From positions 5,568,439-5,632,438 of the forward strand of contig MU053561.1 of assembly GCA_013239625.1 (NCBI GenBank): a stretch of 64,000 nt of DNA. The letters are read 5' to 3'. The notes below the pieces were generated by a model. It searched no databases. It had not been told where the DNA came from and saw nothing but the letters and a program-made list of their open reading frames with translations. Shown in pieces: positions 1-12,295 of this stretch. Each line of letters starts with the position of its first letter. Position 1 is the first letter of the stretch. The translations under genes were made by a program, and so were the position numbers. The DNA comes from Lama guanicoe. Lineage: Eukaryota.

Positions 1-1029
1 TCTAAAAATACAAAGCCCCTGCCATAATTCTTACTGACAAATTACACCCAATTCCATGGATGTTTTTATGCACGATAAGTGTATTTACCAAAAACCTTGG
101 CAACATCTAACACTCACTAAAGGTCCAACCACCAGACAACACTTGGCAGACTGCAAACTCCTACTGTGCACATAATACATAAACTGACAGCTGATACCAA
201 AATTATTGTTTTTATGGCAAAGTTGAAGGCATTAATACAGTAATTTGAATATAAAAAGTGTGAAAAGATATTCTGAGAACCTGCCCCTATCTTTCAACCC
301 TCCACCTCTACCCCAAGTACCTCTGTTCCCCAAGTGGAGGTGGAAAAAACTTAACAAAGGTGGTCAGACTTTACAGTGATGCCAATAGCCTTTTTGATGA
401 GTAAACAGATTCCTATTTCACTCTTAAGCAGTGTTTCAAAGTTCAGAGTCAGTGAAGTAGACCCTTTATGTATAACTTCTATACAATTATGGTTAAAAAG
501 TTTTGTTAAGGAGCCCTTAGAAACAATACAATAAAAATTCAGTCTCAATTGATGTTTAAAAAGACCATTGTTTTAAAAGCGAAACACCTCAGAAAGCAAT
601 TGGTTTAGAATTTCACTTCCAGTATTAAGTTTTAAAATTGCATTAATTAGACTAATAATCATGCCAAAGATAATTAAATGATCCTCCAAAGTATTCTATC
701 TACCTAAGAACAAGCAGCAATGATTTAGACTCTCATTTGATACTTTAAAAAAAATTCAAAGGAAACTGAAGAAAAACTACAAGCAGCACTTTTAAATTGT
801 GCACATTAAGGTATCAACATCTCAATTTTTCTAAGAAACAACATTTATATAAAACAGCATTTTAGATTAAAAAACATAAAAAATGAAAAAAACATAAAAA
901 ATGATAACATTTAAGTAAAATATGTGAGTAAAATCAATGCCTCAGCTGTGGTCTACAGTCAATGTCTGGCCTTTAAAAATGATAGCTTTATGACAACCGT
1001 GTACTGCTGCTGGCTTCAAAGCAGGAGAG

Positions 1030-1525
1030 ATTAAATGTTTTAAAGGAGGCCATTTCCTGCAGTGCTGCCTCCCATCATTCCATCCTTTGAGGAACTAACC
1101 CTCCCTTTTCTCTTGGGGTTCTGCTACAGTTACTAACCAGACTGTGCTTTCCACAGCCAGCTGCAAGAGTGGACATATCCCCAGGCCTGACCCATCACTG
1201 TACCCCACAGTCCTCTCTCCCCACAACTGATCTGTGAAGGCCAAAGTCCCTGCATGAGATCTGATGTGCTATTGGACTCCAGAAAAAATATGAGACGCTT
1301 TAAGGACTCTTCATGACTTGGGGGTTTGAGCTCTGTCTTTTCTGCTACACAAGGCTGAACTCAGAAAGAAGCCAACCTGGAGGACAAGAGAGTCAAGTAA
1401 CAATCCTTGGGAACCTAGTTTAGCTCGTACTTGTCCTGCGTCTGGGTTTTCACATATGGAAGCCAATCAGCTTCTTCGCCTCAATTAATCTCAGAGTTTC
1501 TGTCAGGATTCTCAGTACAGAATCC
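1030..1525. mobile_element. Old ERVL-class LTR relic (LTR16-like)
   Basis: Motifs such as gacatatccccaggcctgacccatca and agccaatcagcttcttc resemble LTR16-family sequence. Heavily diverged. Confidence 0.45.
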
Positions 1526-2861
1526 TTACAAACGTAGAAACTGATGTGAATTAGGAACTTCCTCCCCTTCCTACTGAAATCTAAGCTACATATCACAAGA
1601 TACCTGCTGCAAACAGGATAACCACATCCAAAGAGTAGTAACTACTCCAGTAAAGTGGATTTTTTTGCAAGTTATTTTACTAGAAGGAACTCAAAGCCAG
1701 TTTAACATAATTCTATTTGATTAAATTCAGAGATAAAGCATTTATTAATAAATACTTATTTTTCCTCCCTTTTGAAGTATTTTCATTTTATAAAACCACT
1801 TCTGTTCAATGTCATCATGTATAGTAAAATCCGATTTTTCACAGTCACATGTAATTCCCAATCAGAACAACAATGAGATACAGGGTAGCCTCTCATAAAC
1901 TTCCCTGAAGCAAGAAAAATAGTTATGTGTTTAAAATTCTCTGCAAAAAAATACAGCAAAAGGCCTAAGATGCCAGAAAATTTTAATTAAGTAGATCGGT
2001 TACGTTCATATTGCATACCCAAGACAAGAGGAAGGGAAGCCTCCAAACAGAATGGATCCTAATTATTAAATCTGAAGCCAAGTTTCTTTTCAATTCCCAT
2101 TTCATAATATTAAAAATCTTAAACCCCAAATAAATTACAACAGAAAAGTTTATTTAACTCTATATTTCTGAGTCTCTAAAATAGTATGTCCAGTATGAGC
2201 GTTGATAAAACAAAGTACAATTTATGGGCACAGTCTGTCCTTTCCCAGGTATTTAGTTATGTTACAAGTCAAATTATGGTCCTCAAAACGTAGTCCATCT
2301 CTCCTGGCCACGCTGGGATGACTGAAATTGGGATGGGAGTGGGCAGAAGTGCTCCTGGGGCCCACTGCAATGCAGCTGCGTAGCGATTAAATTGCTAGGG
2401 TTGGGGGGAAATGGAGATGTAATAGTGCTACCCTTTCCACTGGAAGCCAGTCAACTGTGATTCTAACAAAAGAGCAGGCAAGGTTAAAGTGGAAATATAT
2501 TTCCAGTTCCTTTTTACTAGAGTAGCAAATTGCATTCTCCCATAAAACTGGCTAGGCTTCCAAGGCAACCCAAGAAAGCCAATTAACCATAAAGTATAGA
2601 ACTAATGGGAATATGTCAGCTACATTACGGGCTAAATAAAAATACTCACAGTATTAAATTTTGCGTTGAGTAAGGCTGAAGGTGGAAAGAGCATCATGCA
2701 CCTTACCTGCATTATTTGTAGAAGAACAAACATTTCAAGTTCTAATTAAAAGAAAAAAACCTATAGGACACAATTCATAATGGAACTACCTACACATTTA
2801 AACAGTATGATTTTCTCCTATATTTTCTAAGTATGCTGTAACATGGGTTTTGTGGTTTTAT

Positions 2862-2884
2862 ACACACACACACACACACACACA
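2862..2884. repeat. (AC)n microsatellite
   Basis: Uninterrupted AC run of about 11 units. Confidence 0.95.
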
Positions 2885-5800
2885 ACTACAGAGATGGACT
2901 ATACTATAGACTTTCTGGTACTGACCATTCCGGCTCTGTGTTTTGCTTCTGCTCTGCTTCTCACCTACTCCCCAATCATCCAAGTCTGAAAATAAGGGCA
3001 GGTGGCAAGGACTCGAACAAGATATGAAAAAGAATGAAACCATTCTTTCACCTCATGTACACATTTAACCTCTATAAATTCACTATGCACATCCAGGTAA
3101 GGATAATCTCTTAGAATTAAGAGAGCCATTTTTTTGTGAAACGTATCTCTTTTGAGCAAACTACTTCATCTGATGTTCAACCAAAATAGAGCAATTGTTG
3201 CCAGCATGGGTGGAAAAGAGGCATGTAGGACACGTCCTAAAAATTGTAGGGTACAATATAAATAATACAAACAATGTATAAAATACACTGTAAAATAAAA
3301 CAGATTGTATTGTAAAATACACTGTACATAAAACACAAATACAGTATATTTTAAGGGCAATTTAAATTTGAGAACTTTTCAAAAGATAATTTCGTTTGTA
3401 TTTGATTTCCCTCTTTTTGTAATGACTTGAGAATCCTTTCTCTCTAAGATGCAACTCCACACCACTTTTTAGAACAGCATGCTGGGCAGCCAATTAATCG
3501 GTCTAGTTTCTACCGAAGTTCACACTAAAACTTACATAAAAAGAGTTTTGTTTAAGTACTGGGGGAAAAGCGAAAAAGGTAAAAATCTTTACTACAGGTA
3601 TTGCTGACCAGCAAATCGCGAAGTTCTCAATAAATTGTGAGCTTCCGGAAGACAGAGACCTTTTCTGACTCATTTTATACTTTATGTTTTTATATCAGCG
3701 GTACTGACTTACATGATGGGGTCACCACTAAATGTCTGAGGAGGGAATGAACATGTGCCAGTAATAGAGCTTTAAATTTTCTCTTTATAAAGCAAAATGA
3801 GCACTTTTGGGGAAATATTCTGAATAATATTTGTTCAGAGAGGAGAGCAATGAACTCGCCTCTCTTCCCCCACAAACAGGTCTCTCACACCACCAGCCGC
3901 CGAACTTCTGAAAATCTTACCCTTAGGAACAGTTTTAAATTAAGGGCATTCACTCTCCTTACCAAAATGTAGTATTGCAAGGAGATTATTTCTTAAAATG
4001 TTTGTTAACGGAAACAAAAATTATTAATTAGTTAAAGGGGAAACAGTTCTAGTCTTTAATATGAAAACATTTATTCTTTGCCAAATCACAAACCAAATAT
4101 TGACTCGGAAACTGGCAGAGTCTGAAATTGGTAGGTAATACTAAAATGGTTCATAAAAATGAAATTCCCCTACAATACACTCCCCAAACACTAAGTGCCC
4201 AGAGAGTTTACTATATAACCCCTAAGTGCTTTGTAAAAACATTATACGAAACTATTTACCCAAGAAGATTATGCACTGACTTCATAAATCAGGTGCTTGA
4301 ACAAATGTAGGAGATCTGTTTTACCATAAATTTATATAAATTAGAGACCAGAAGGAGAAAAAAAAATCACTGAAATCTGTCTCTCATAACAAGAGGTTTT
4401 ATAAAGTACATCCCAGGATCTCAGAAGAAAAACAATTTACATTCCTTAGGGACACAGAGTTATGTTCCAAAAAATCAGTTTCAGCATTAAACTGAATAAA
4501 ATAAAAATGATCTGCAAGTGGAAAGGGCCAATGTTAAGTGTCTGTTCTGCCACTGGGGTTTAATAAGCCCAGCAGCCACATGCATTGAAGGTGTCAATGA
4601 ACAGAGCCCAGAACTCGAAACTTGAGGTATTCAAACCAACTTCAGACCCAAAAAGTTGCAATCAAATTTTGGAATAGCAGGAACATTTCAAATTTAAGGT
4701 TTATGAAAATTTGATGCTATTTTCCCTAACAAAAGGGCTGCCTCACCCAGTCTCTTGTTTCTAGTGTCTGAGAAAAGGTAAAGAAAATGTTTGTGTTGCA
4801 AACCTAGGAGGCTAGCTATTAACTCTAATTTCTCTCACCTTCCCCTTATTTAAATGTTACAACCGTCTAAACAAAACTTGACTGAAATCCCCAAATTACC
4901 CACTAAACCAAAAAGACTCACAAAAAGATCCAAAAGTTAAGACAAGAAAGGGGTAGTTATTCATTATTGGCGTAACATAAACACCCTTACTTAAAAGCAT
5001 TTAGTAATGTTTCTTCACCAATGGAGAAAGTATTTCTAGGGATGTGCTCATTTTAATGAAATTCCCTTATAAATCGGATGTCTCAAAGAGTCAGCAGTGA
5101 AGACTTTTACCTGGATTTAATTAGCATTACACAAGATCTGTTTCAAATAAGCTTTTGTTTAAACAAACTGAAATATTGCTCCTCGTGATTTTCATCTCTA
5201 GATATAGTATCAGACAGGGCAGCTGAATGTACTGTGTGCATGATAATGCAGTAGACAAAGATTTCACATACTTACTGTATCAATACTTCATCTCTGGAAT
5301 AAAGCCCACATAATTTACAACTGCTGAAATATGTGTTCAAGGTATCTGAAGCAAATATTCCATAACACTGCATGTGCATAGATTGGGGAATTTTAGAACA
5401 AAATTAACTACTTCTATCATTAATCAGAATAGGAATTTAAAAATATACTGTAAAGTAAAATCAAAGAAAGTAATCCTAGTCACGGGACTATAATGTGAAA
5501 CAATTCCACCCAAGGTCCAAAGTTCGATTTCCTCCACTACAGGAAAGTACAAAGTTCAAATTCAAGCGTAAACTTTTCTCTCTGCAGAAAATGACAAGGT
5601 TGTAATTAAGAAACAGGTGGCGTGTTGGGCCAAGCAATAGGTGAGGCAGGGAAGTACTAAGTACAACATTCATAGTAAGATTTCAGTAAGAAATTTTCTA
5701 ATTCTCTCACAAAAGCCTCATAGGCATCGGATTTTAAAGAGTTACTTTCAAATCTCCATTACAGATTATAACAAAATAAAGTAAATAAATAAAACCAAGT

Positions 5801-8399
5801 CAAAGCTAAAGACAGTCACTGCCAGAAAGAAGCCTCATTAAGTCCTCTGGGTGATGGTACTCGCTTTGGCTGGGTTCCCTTTAATATCTACTAGATGAAA
5901 GGAGAAATCACGAAAGAAACAGCTCTACAACAGTCATATTCTACAGCCCAGCTCATCCTTCCACTGTGGACTTTGTCAGAAGACAGTATGAGCTCATTCC
6001 CCACTAATAATATATCTTATAGCAATGGCTGGATTTACTCTTGCATTGTGCTAGTTTCTCAATGACATGTTACAAATACAGTTGGATAAAGAGTTATTAA
6101 TCAAGAGACAGAATGCTAAATACACTTTACAATACTTTATTGAATTGAAAAATCCATTTCTCTCACAAAATTCAGGTAAAAGGGGGAAAAAAGCCCCAAT
6201 GTGGAGGGCAAGTTCCTTTTTAAATTCCCTTACTCTGTATTTTCATACTTTTCAAATTTAATTCCAACAGGATACAATCTGTCTCCTCTGTAGATAATAT
6301 TCATGCTGTTTCTAATCACACTTGAAGTTTTACAAATAACCTCAAGTTCTTAATTTCTAATATTTAAAGTCATGTGATTAACCTGCAAAAATCCTATTTT
6401 ATAACAAATGTTGTTTAAGTAGCCATTTAAGAAAGCCATTTAATATAATGCCTAATATGAGGCCATTAAGAAACAAAGAATACTATTTTCTAAAAGAGAT
6501 TATTAACAAGTTGCTCAGAAACAAGAATATTAATCTCAGATGACATATAGTGGTATCTTTCAGAAATTACTGAAGTAGAGTATATCTTTAAAAAACAGGT
6601 GTAGTATTCAGAACTTTTATTATTAATGATTATAAAATGTGCTACACCCATTAATATAAATTATTCCCTTTACTGTGGCTAAATATTTAAAATAGGGCAG
6701 TATCTGCAGTTGTTAAGATGGAAAATTTTGACTACTATAAAAATGTCAACTACATTCTGGGGCATATGATTCTTTTTTTGACACACTTAATTAACATTAC
6801 TCAATATACTCTAAACTTTGAATTACATTCTTACATTTTATATAAAGCTTGAGAAAATGTATAACATGCGACCAGACTAATGTCAATTAAAGATACATTT
6901 CCCCAGTCTTCTAAAAGAATCACATTAACTTCCTCCAATCAACTTTTAACCTATTTTTGAAAGTAACAGACTCTCATATATGCCCCCCACTAATGAAAAC
7001 AAGACACAAAGCAATGATATAAATATTCTCATTATTCCCTGTCTCAAGGGATTTGAACCATATGGCACTTAGACCAGCAAGTGCTATATATATATATAGT
7101 ATTTTGGATATTAGAGAGTGCCTGACTAGCTGAATTACAGCCCCCAAAACCTTTCCTCTACCTTTCACAATGGCTGTAAAAGTTTGAATTAAGAAAGAAA
7201 TTTTAAATTTACAAAACTATACAGAAAAAGATGTTTAAAGTCTGTCAAAGTTCTAAAAATTAACAATAAAAAGAAAGCTTCGCATAAACCCATAAACTTA
7301 AAATGAATGAGATGGAATAGACCGCATGAAGAAAATCTTAATTTAAGATTTCAGGGACACGTGTGTACGTATGTGTACACACAATACACACACATATGTA
7401 TATTGCACCACAAACCATCAGTTCCCATTAAGCCTAAGGACTATTAAATAAGAGATATTTCCCAAGTGAGCTGCTGAGAAAGAAAGAAGGAAAAATTGTG
7501 AGGAAGATAACATGTTAAATTCTTTCTCCAGAATTTTCTAGCATTTTTGCATTGAAGGGATGGACTGATTTTTCTATCCCAAGTTATAATGAAGCAGCCC
7601 ATTATATTTCCATGCACTGTGTATTCAGTAGAGCACATTCAGCAAAAACACTACGATTTCTAATAACGTTGTAGTCATAATTCTCTTCCCCTACAAACAT
7701 CTCAGGAAACAAAACCATATTCTACCAATGCTGAAACTATCAGCGATGTTGTCGACAACAAATACAAGAGGGCTATTACCTACTATCAGATTTCACTGTA
7801 CGCAGTCTGATCAATGCTTTGAAACTGTATGCCATAAACGTAACGAGCTTTGCAGCAGATTTTACTAGCAGAAAAGACACCAGGGCGACGGGGGCCTTTG
7901 CAACCCACTTCAACAAAATTCTGTAAAATCAAAGATTTACAAAAGATTTTACTCCAAGAGGTACCTACGTCTTCCTTCGAAACCCAGGCTACTCAACAGC
8001 TCCCTGAAAGACCACACCATTCTGCCACAAACCGCATATTGTACAACACCGGTACCCAGATAACTGAACCACCTGGACTGACAAGAGTTAGGCTGTCAGC
8101 TCTGAGGTGTTGCTAGTGTGCAAGAAACACTGAAGCAGCTAAGCCTTCCCAGGTAACCTTGGCACCAAGTGCCTCAGTAGTAAAAAAAAAAAAATGCGTA
8201 AGACTCTTCCAAAGAAAATGCTACAATCCCGAGGACCTTTCCCACAAAGGATAGCAGAAAAACGCTGGTTATTTCTCGAGTCAAAAACTGCGGTGGGAGA
8301 CCAAGCTACAAATTAAGGAAACCTAGCTTCTGATGGCAATTCTATGACAGCTTACAGAACAACCCTGACAACCCAGAGCTCAGTTTTCCTATCGGCAAA

Positions 8400-10015
8400 A
8401 TGGGAATCACCACCGCCACCCCTCCTCCTCGACAGGGAGTCCTGCACACCTAGGAGGACTAAGATTACCCCGGACGATAAGCGGTGGGGTGGGGCCGCGG
8501 GTCCCCAGACGCCCCTCCCGGACTCCCCACCACCATCACCCGCCCCATCCCCGCGACAGAACCGCAGGGCCGGCGTACCTGGCTTCACAGTCTTGAGACG
8601 GATGGGCTCGCGGAAGTGGCGGATGACAGCCAGGGTGTCCCGGTTGGTGAGCCCGCTGACAGGCGTCCCGTTCACCTCCAGCAGCACATCTCCCGGGCTG
8701 GGCGCCTTGCCCGAGACGACGCAGCAGGTGCTCCCGCCGGGCTCCTCGCGGAGCCGCCCCAGGTAGGGGAACTCGCCGCGCTCCGCGCCGCCCCGGATCT
8801 CGGCGCCCAAGTCGCCCGGGGGCCCGGCCCAGGACACCGCGCACTCCTGCACCTTGCTGAGCCAGTGCTTCTTCTTCTTCAGCGTCTTCGACATCCCGAA
8901 CCCCGCTGCACCATGGGGGAGACCCCGCGCGGGCGGCGGGGGCGCCGCTCCGGCCCCCTCTCAGCCTGGGGGCCCCAGGCGGCCCGCGCAGCCCGGCGTG
9001 GGGGGTCCTCGCCGCTCCTGCGCCCCCCACCACCACAGCCCGCTGGGGGCCGGGCCGCCCCAAGCCCCGAGACGCCCCTCGGACGCCCCTCCTGGCGGCG
9101 CTCCCTGGGGCTGGCCGGGGTCCGCGAGGGCCACCCCGGGTTAGGCTGAAGAAAGGAGAAGAGGATTGTCCCCAGGCGGCTCCAGAGGGGTTTCGGGCGG
9201 GGTCACAGCCGTCGGCTGGCCCCCGAGCTCCGCGCTGGAGCGGCGGGAAAGGCAGGAGCAGGGGGGCGGGGAGGTGAAGGGGGAAGAGCCGGAACGGGAA
9301 AATCCGTCGGGGGCGCGCAGAAGCGCGCGTAGACCCGTCGCAGGATTGATCGTGGCCGCTGCGGAGCTGGAGCGCGGAGACCAACGCCTGCCCAAGCTGC
9401 CAGGAAACTGCCGCTTTCAAACCCGCCGCAACCTCCTCCTCCTCCCTCTACCCTTCCCCCCGCCCTCGCCCATCCCTCATCCAGAGCCCCGCCCCCTCCC
9501 GCCGCGCGGCGCCCGGCGCGCTGCCGTCACGGGCCAGGCGCTTGGGAACGAGCCCCAGCGCTCGACTCCCTCGCCGGGGATTGGCCCCCGGCGGGCAGGG
9601 GGCGGACCCTAGACGAGAACGAGAACCATCGATTGGCTGATGGGAGTGGAGAAGGCGGGCACTAGAATGACTGAAGTTAAAAGAGGGTGGAAAAAAGAAG
9701 TTTGAAGAGTGAGGGAGGGCGAGGGGAGGGGAGGGCAGGGAAGTGGGACCGGCTCCAGATTGCAAGGCTGAGAAAAGCTTAGTGCAGCGGCCGCAGCCAG
9801 GAGAAAACTCGGCCTGGAAGAGCAAACGAACTCCCCGAGGTGGAGGCGTGGCTGGCAAGATGGGCGGAGTCGGGGACGGAGCCTGGGAGCCAGCACCGGG
9901 AGCAGAGATCAGCGGATCTACTTTGGAGCGGAGACAACGTGCTGAGTCTGAGGCCAGAGGCGGCATAGCAGCAGAGTGGCCTGTGACAGCCGATCACTTA
10001 CACTGAGGCGACGTT
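8400..10015. promoter_or_regulatory. CpG island / MAGI3 promoter and 5' UTR
   Basis: Very high GC and CpG density against an AT-rich, CpG-poor background. GC boxes at ~9261-9273, ~9457-9465, ~9487-9494 and ~9598-9606. CCAAT boxes on the minus strand (ATTGG at 9580-9584 and 9632-9636). No obvious TATA box. Exact TSS cannot be determined. Confidence 0.9.
8579..8894 (-). CDS. MAGI3: MAGI3 first coding exon (membrane-associated guanylate kinase, WW and PDZ domain-containing protein 3; N-terminal PDZ0 region)
   Basis: Translation [48 protein letters not shown]...[39 protein letters not shown] matches the MAGI3 N-terminus. ATG at 8894-8892 (gggATGt). In-frame upstream TGA at 8963-8961. Exon ends at donor CAG|GTACGC (GT at 8578-8577), giving 316 nt, phase 1. 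Confidence 0.96.
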
Positions 10016-10019
10016 TTTT

Positions 10020-10580
10020 GTTCTTTCACTCATTCAACAAAAGTTACTGAACGCCCGTTGAGGCAAGGACTCCAGAGTCCGGCTGCTGGTAGGTAAAATA
10101 AGAGTCCTGCATTCCTCTGTGTGACCTCGGGCAGATTAGAGAACCTCTCTGAGTCACAGCATCCTTGGCTGACAAGTGCAAGTAATTTTACCCCTCCAAG
10201 TTGTTATGAAGATTACATGAGGTGCATATGAAATATCAATATTGTGCCTGGCAGGGGGTGAGTTCTTCTTACTATTTGGTAGCTGATGAGGATGACTTTA
10301 TGTCAGAAATTGTGCTACATACTGGCGTTCAAAGATGAGGGAAACAGAGGTCCTACTCTGAAGGAGGTCGCAGTCTAGTAGGAGAGACTGACAAGCAAGC
10401 AGACTACTTGAGGTGAAGCAGGGTGGGCTGGAGGTAGAAGGTGGGTGAGGAATCAGCCTAGCAGCTAGCTGCCCTGGCTTGAAGTCCTGGCATGCTACTT
10501 ACTTGCTATTTGACCTTGGCCAAATTTCAGCTTCAAGTTTACTCGCCCATAAAGGAGATGGAGGGAAAACTAATAGTGAA
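10020..10580. mobile_element. L2 and MIR fragments flanking the CpG island
   Basis: L2 terminus-like tcactcattcaacaaaagttactgaacgc. MIR cores tgtgacctcgggcagattagagaacctctctgag and tgaccttggccaaatttcagcttc. Confidence 0.65.
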
Positions 10581-10934
10581 TAAAGGACATCCTGGGTCCC
10601 TTCAGCACTAACTTTTCAGGAAGTGTTCTAGAGTTTTCTCTCCTTCCTGACTTGACTCACAGTCTCCCATCTTTGTATTTTAAAAATCCTATCCATCCTC
10701 ACCCCAAATGCCGTCTCTTCCAGATAGCCTTCTTTGATATCTTGTCCTCAGGTGGAAAGGGTTTTCTCTGAGCTGTGATACTTTCACTTTTGTAGTATGA
10801 CATTTATGTAGTCCCCTATCTCTTTAATGGTTGGAGTACCCTTATTTCAACTATGAATAACTCCATGGAATCTCACCACATCTCAGAGACACTGGACCAA
10901 ACTTCAGCAGCTGCAGTGATTTTGTTTACACCAT

Positions 10935-11340
10935 TGTATCAGTCAGGGTCTAGGCAGGAAACAAATGGTACTTTACAAAGATGTGGGTAGGGTGTGGGAA
11001 ACCACAAGGGAAGTGTGGAATCCTGGGGCTACAAGCTCCGAGATCTGTCAAAGCAAAGGGAAGGAACAGTTATCAAAACTGCACAAAAAAGGCAGCGTGA
11101 CAGGAGCCTGTGACCTTCAGTCAAGGGATGCAGTCAGCCTAAGTAATCACCCAACGACGAAGGTAGGGGGATTTCTCTCACTCACCTCCCTCCTCCTTCC
11201 TCCTGCTGGTGCATCCCAATAGCCAAATCCAACCAGAAGCCAGAGGGCAGGAGAGCCTTTTGAAGCAATCCCTATCAGTCAATCACACAGAGAAGAAGAA
11301 GCAGTGCACCTGGAGAGAAAAGGGGGGAATATCCAGCACA
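10935..11340. mobile_element. MaLR/ERVL-class solo LTR (MLT1-like)
   Basis: TG...CA ends (tgtatcagtcagggtc...atccagcaca) and the typical ccagaagccagagggcaggagagcc motif. Confidence 0.65.
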
Positions 11341-11502
11341 GGCAGCATGAGCATTGCTCAGATTTACCCACTTCTGAGACAACTCTGGGGTATTTTTTCT
11401 GAACAACTACCTACATTAATGGATTCCTGGATGAAATCTTGATAACCTCCACCTCATTTATTTTTGCAGCAACTCTGGGAAAACATCTTTCCCTGCCTAG
11501 AG

Positions 11503-12025
11503 TGTATCCAGCAGGATACCTCTGGCCACAGGGAATGGAATATCTAACAGTAACTTAAAGCATAAGGTTATTTATTACATCTCTAAGATGAGGTTCAGAT
11601 GTAAGTAGTCTCAGGATTAGTTCAGCAGCACAATCATCTCATTAAGGACCCAGACTTTTTGTGTCTCCCCACTACCATCATTCTTATGGGTTTTTAGCTC
11701 CAGGCTTGTTACCTCTTGATTGCAGCGTGACCACCACAGCTCCAGACATCACATCCTCAGAGGTCATTATACAAGCAGGGAGGGAAAGACAGTGCTACCA
11801 TTTTTATGAAGGAGAAAAATCTTTTCCCAATCGCCCTCCCCGGTAGAATCTCCCTTTTTGGCCGGAAAATGTCCACATGCCCACTGCAGACTGACAAGTA
11901 AAGAAAATGGAATTGCCACAATTCGTTAACTTAACCATGAGTCTCTCCCAAGCAAAATAGGGATTCTGTTTCAGAGGAGAAAGGGGAAATAGTTGGTAAC
12001 TGTGCACCTAACAGTGTCTGCCTCA
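11503..12025. mobile_element. MaLR LTR (old MLT1 subfamily)
   Basis: Motifs gctccagacatcacatcc, cacatgcccact and terminal aacagtgtctgcctca. A related fragment lies at ~12765-12965. Confidence 0.6.
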
Positions 12026-12059
12026 ACCGAGATTAAGTTACATTGACTCTTAGGCAAAA

Positions 12060-12295
12060 ATTTGCAGTGACTAGGAGCTAGGGCTCTGGAGACTCTCAGA
12101 CTGCAAGTACCAGCTTTTCTACCTACTGCTCTGTGATCTTGAGTAAACTATTTAACCTTCCCAACCTCAGTTTCCTCATCCACAAAATGGGTATGATAAC
12201 AAGGCTTACCTGAATTGTGAGACTTGAATGGAGCTATTTGAGTCAAGTAAGCACTTAACCTATGGTCTGGCATCTAAACAAACACTCAAATGATT
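12060..12295 (+). mobile_element. MIR SINE
   Basis: Core tgtgatcttgagtaaactatttaaccttcccaacctcagtttcctcatccacaaaatggg. Confidence 0.85.

Larger units (their letters stand above)
1..8578 (-). other. MAGI3: MAGI3 intron 1 (5' part; continues beyond window)
   Basis: Begins at the GT donor (8578). AT-rich, with no recognisable further MAGI coding exon in 1-8578. Confidence 0.88.

Noticed and set aside
8895..8963. N-terminal extension of MAGI3 from an upstream in-frame start
   Set aside because: An in-frame TGA lies at 8963-8961, with no in-frame ATG between it and 8894.
8344..10006. Long overlapping ORFs in the CpG island (294, 221, 172, 148 and 140 aa)
   Set aside because: Most start at non-ATG codons and encode low-complexity Pro/Gly/Arg/Ala-rich sequence. 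This is expected from stop-codon scarcity in GC-rich DNA, and no domain is recognisable.
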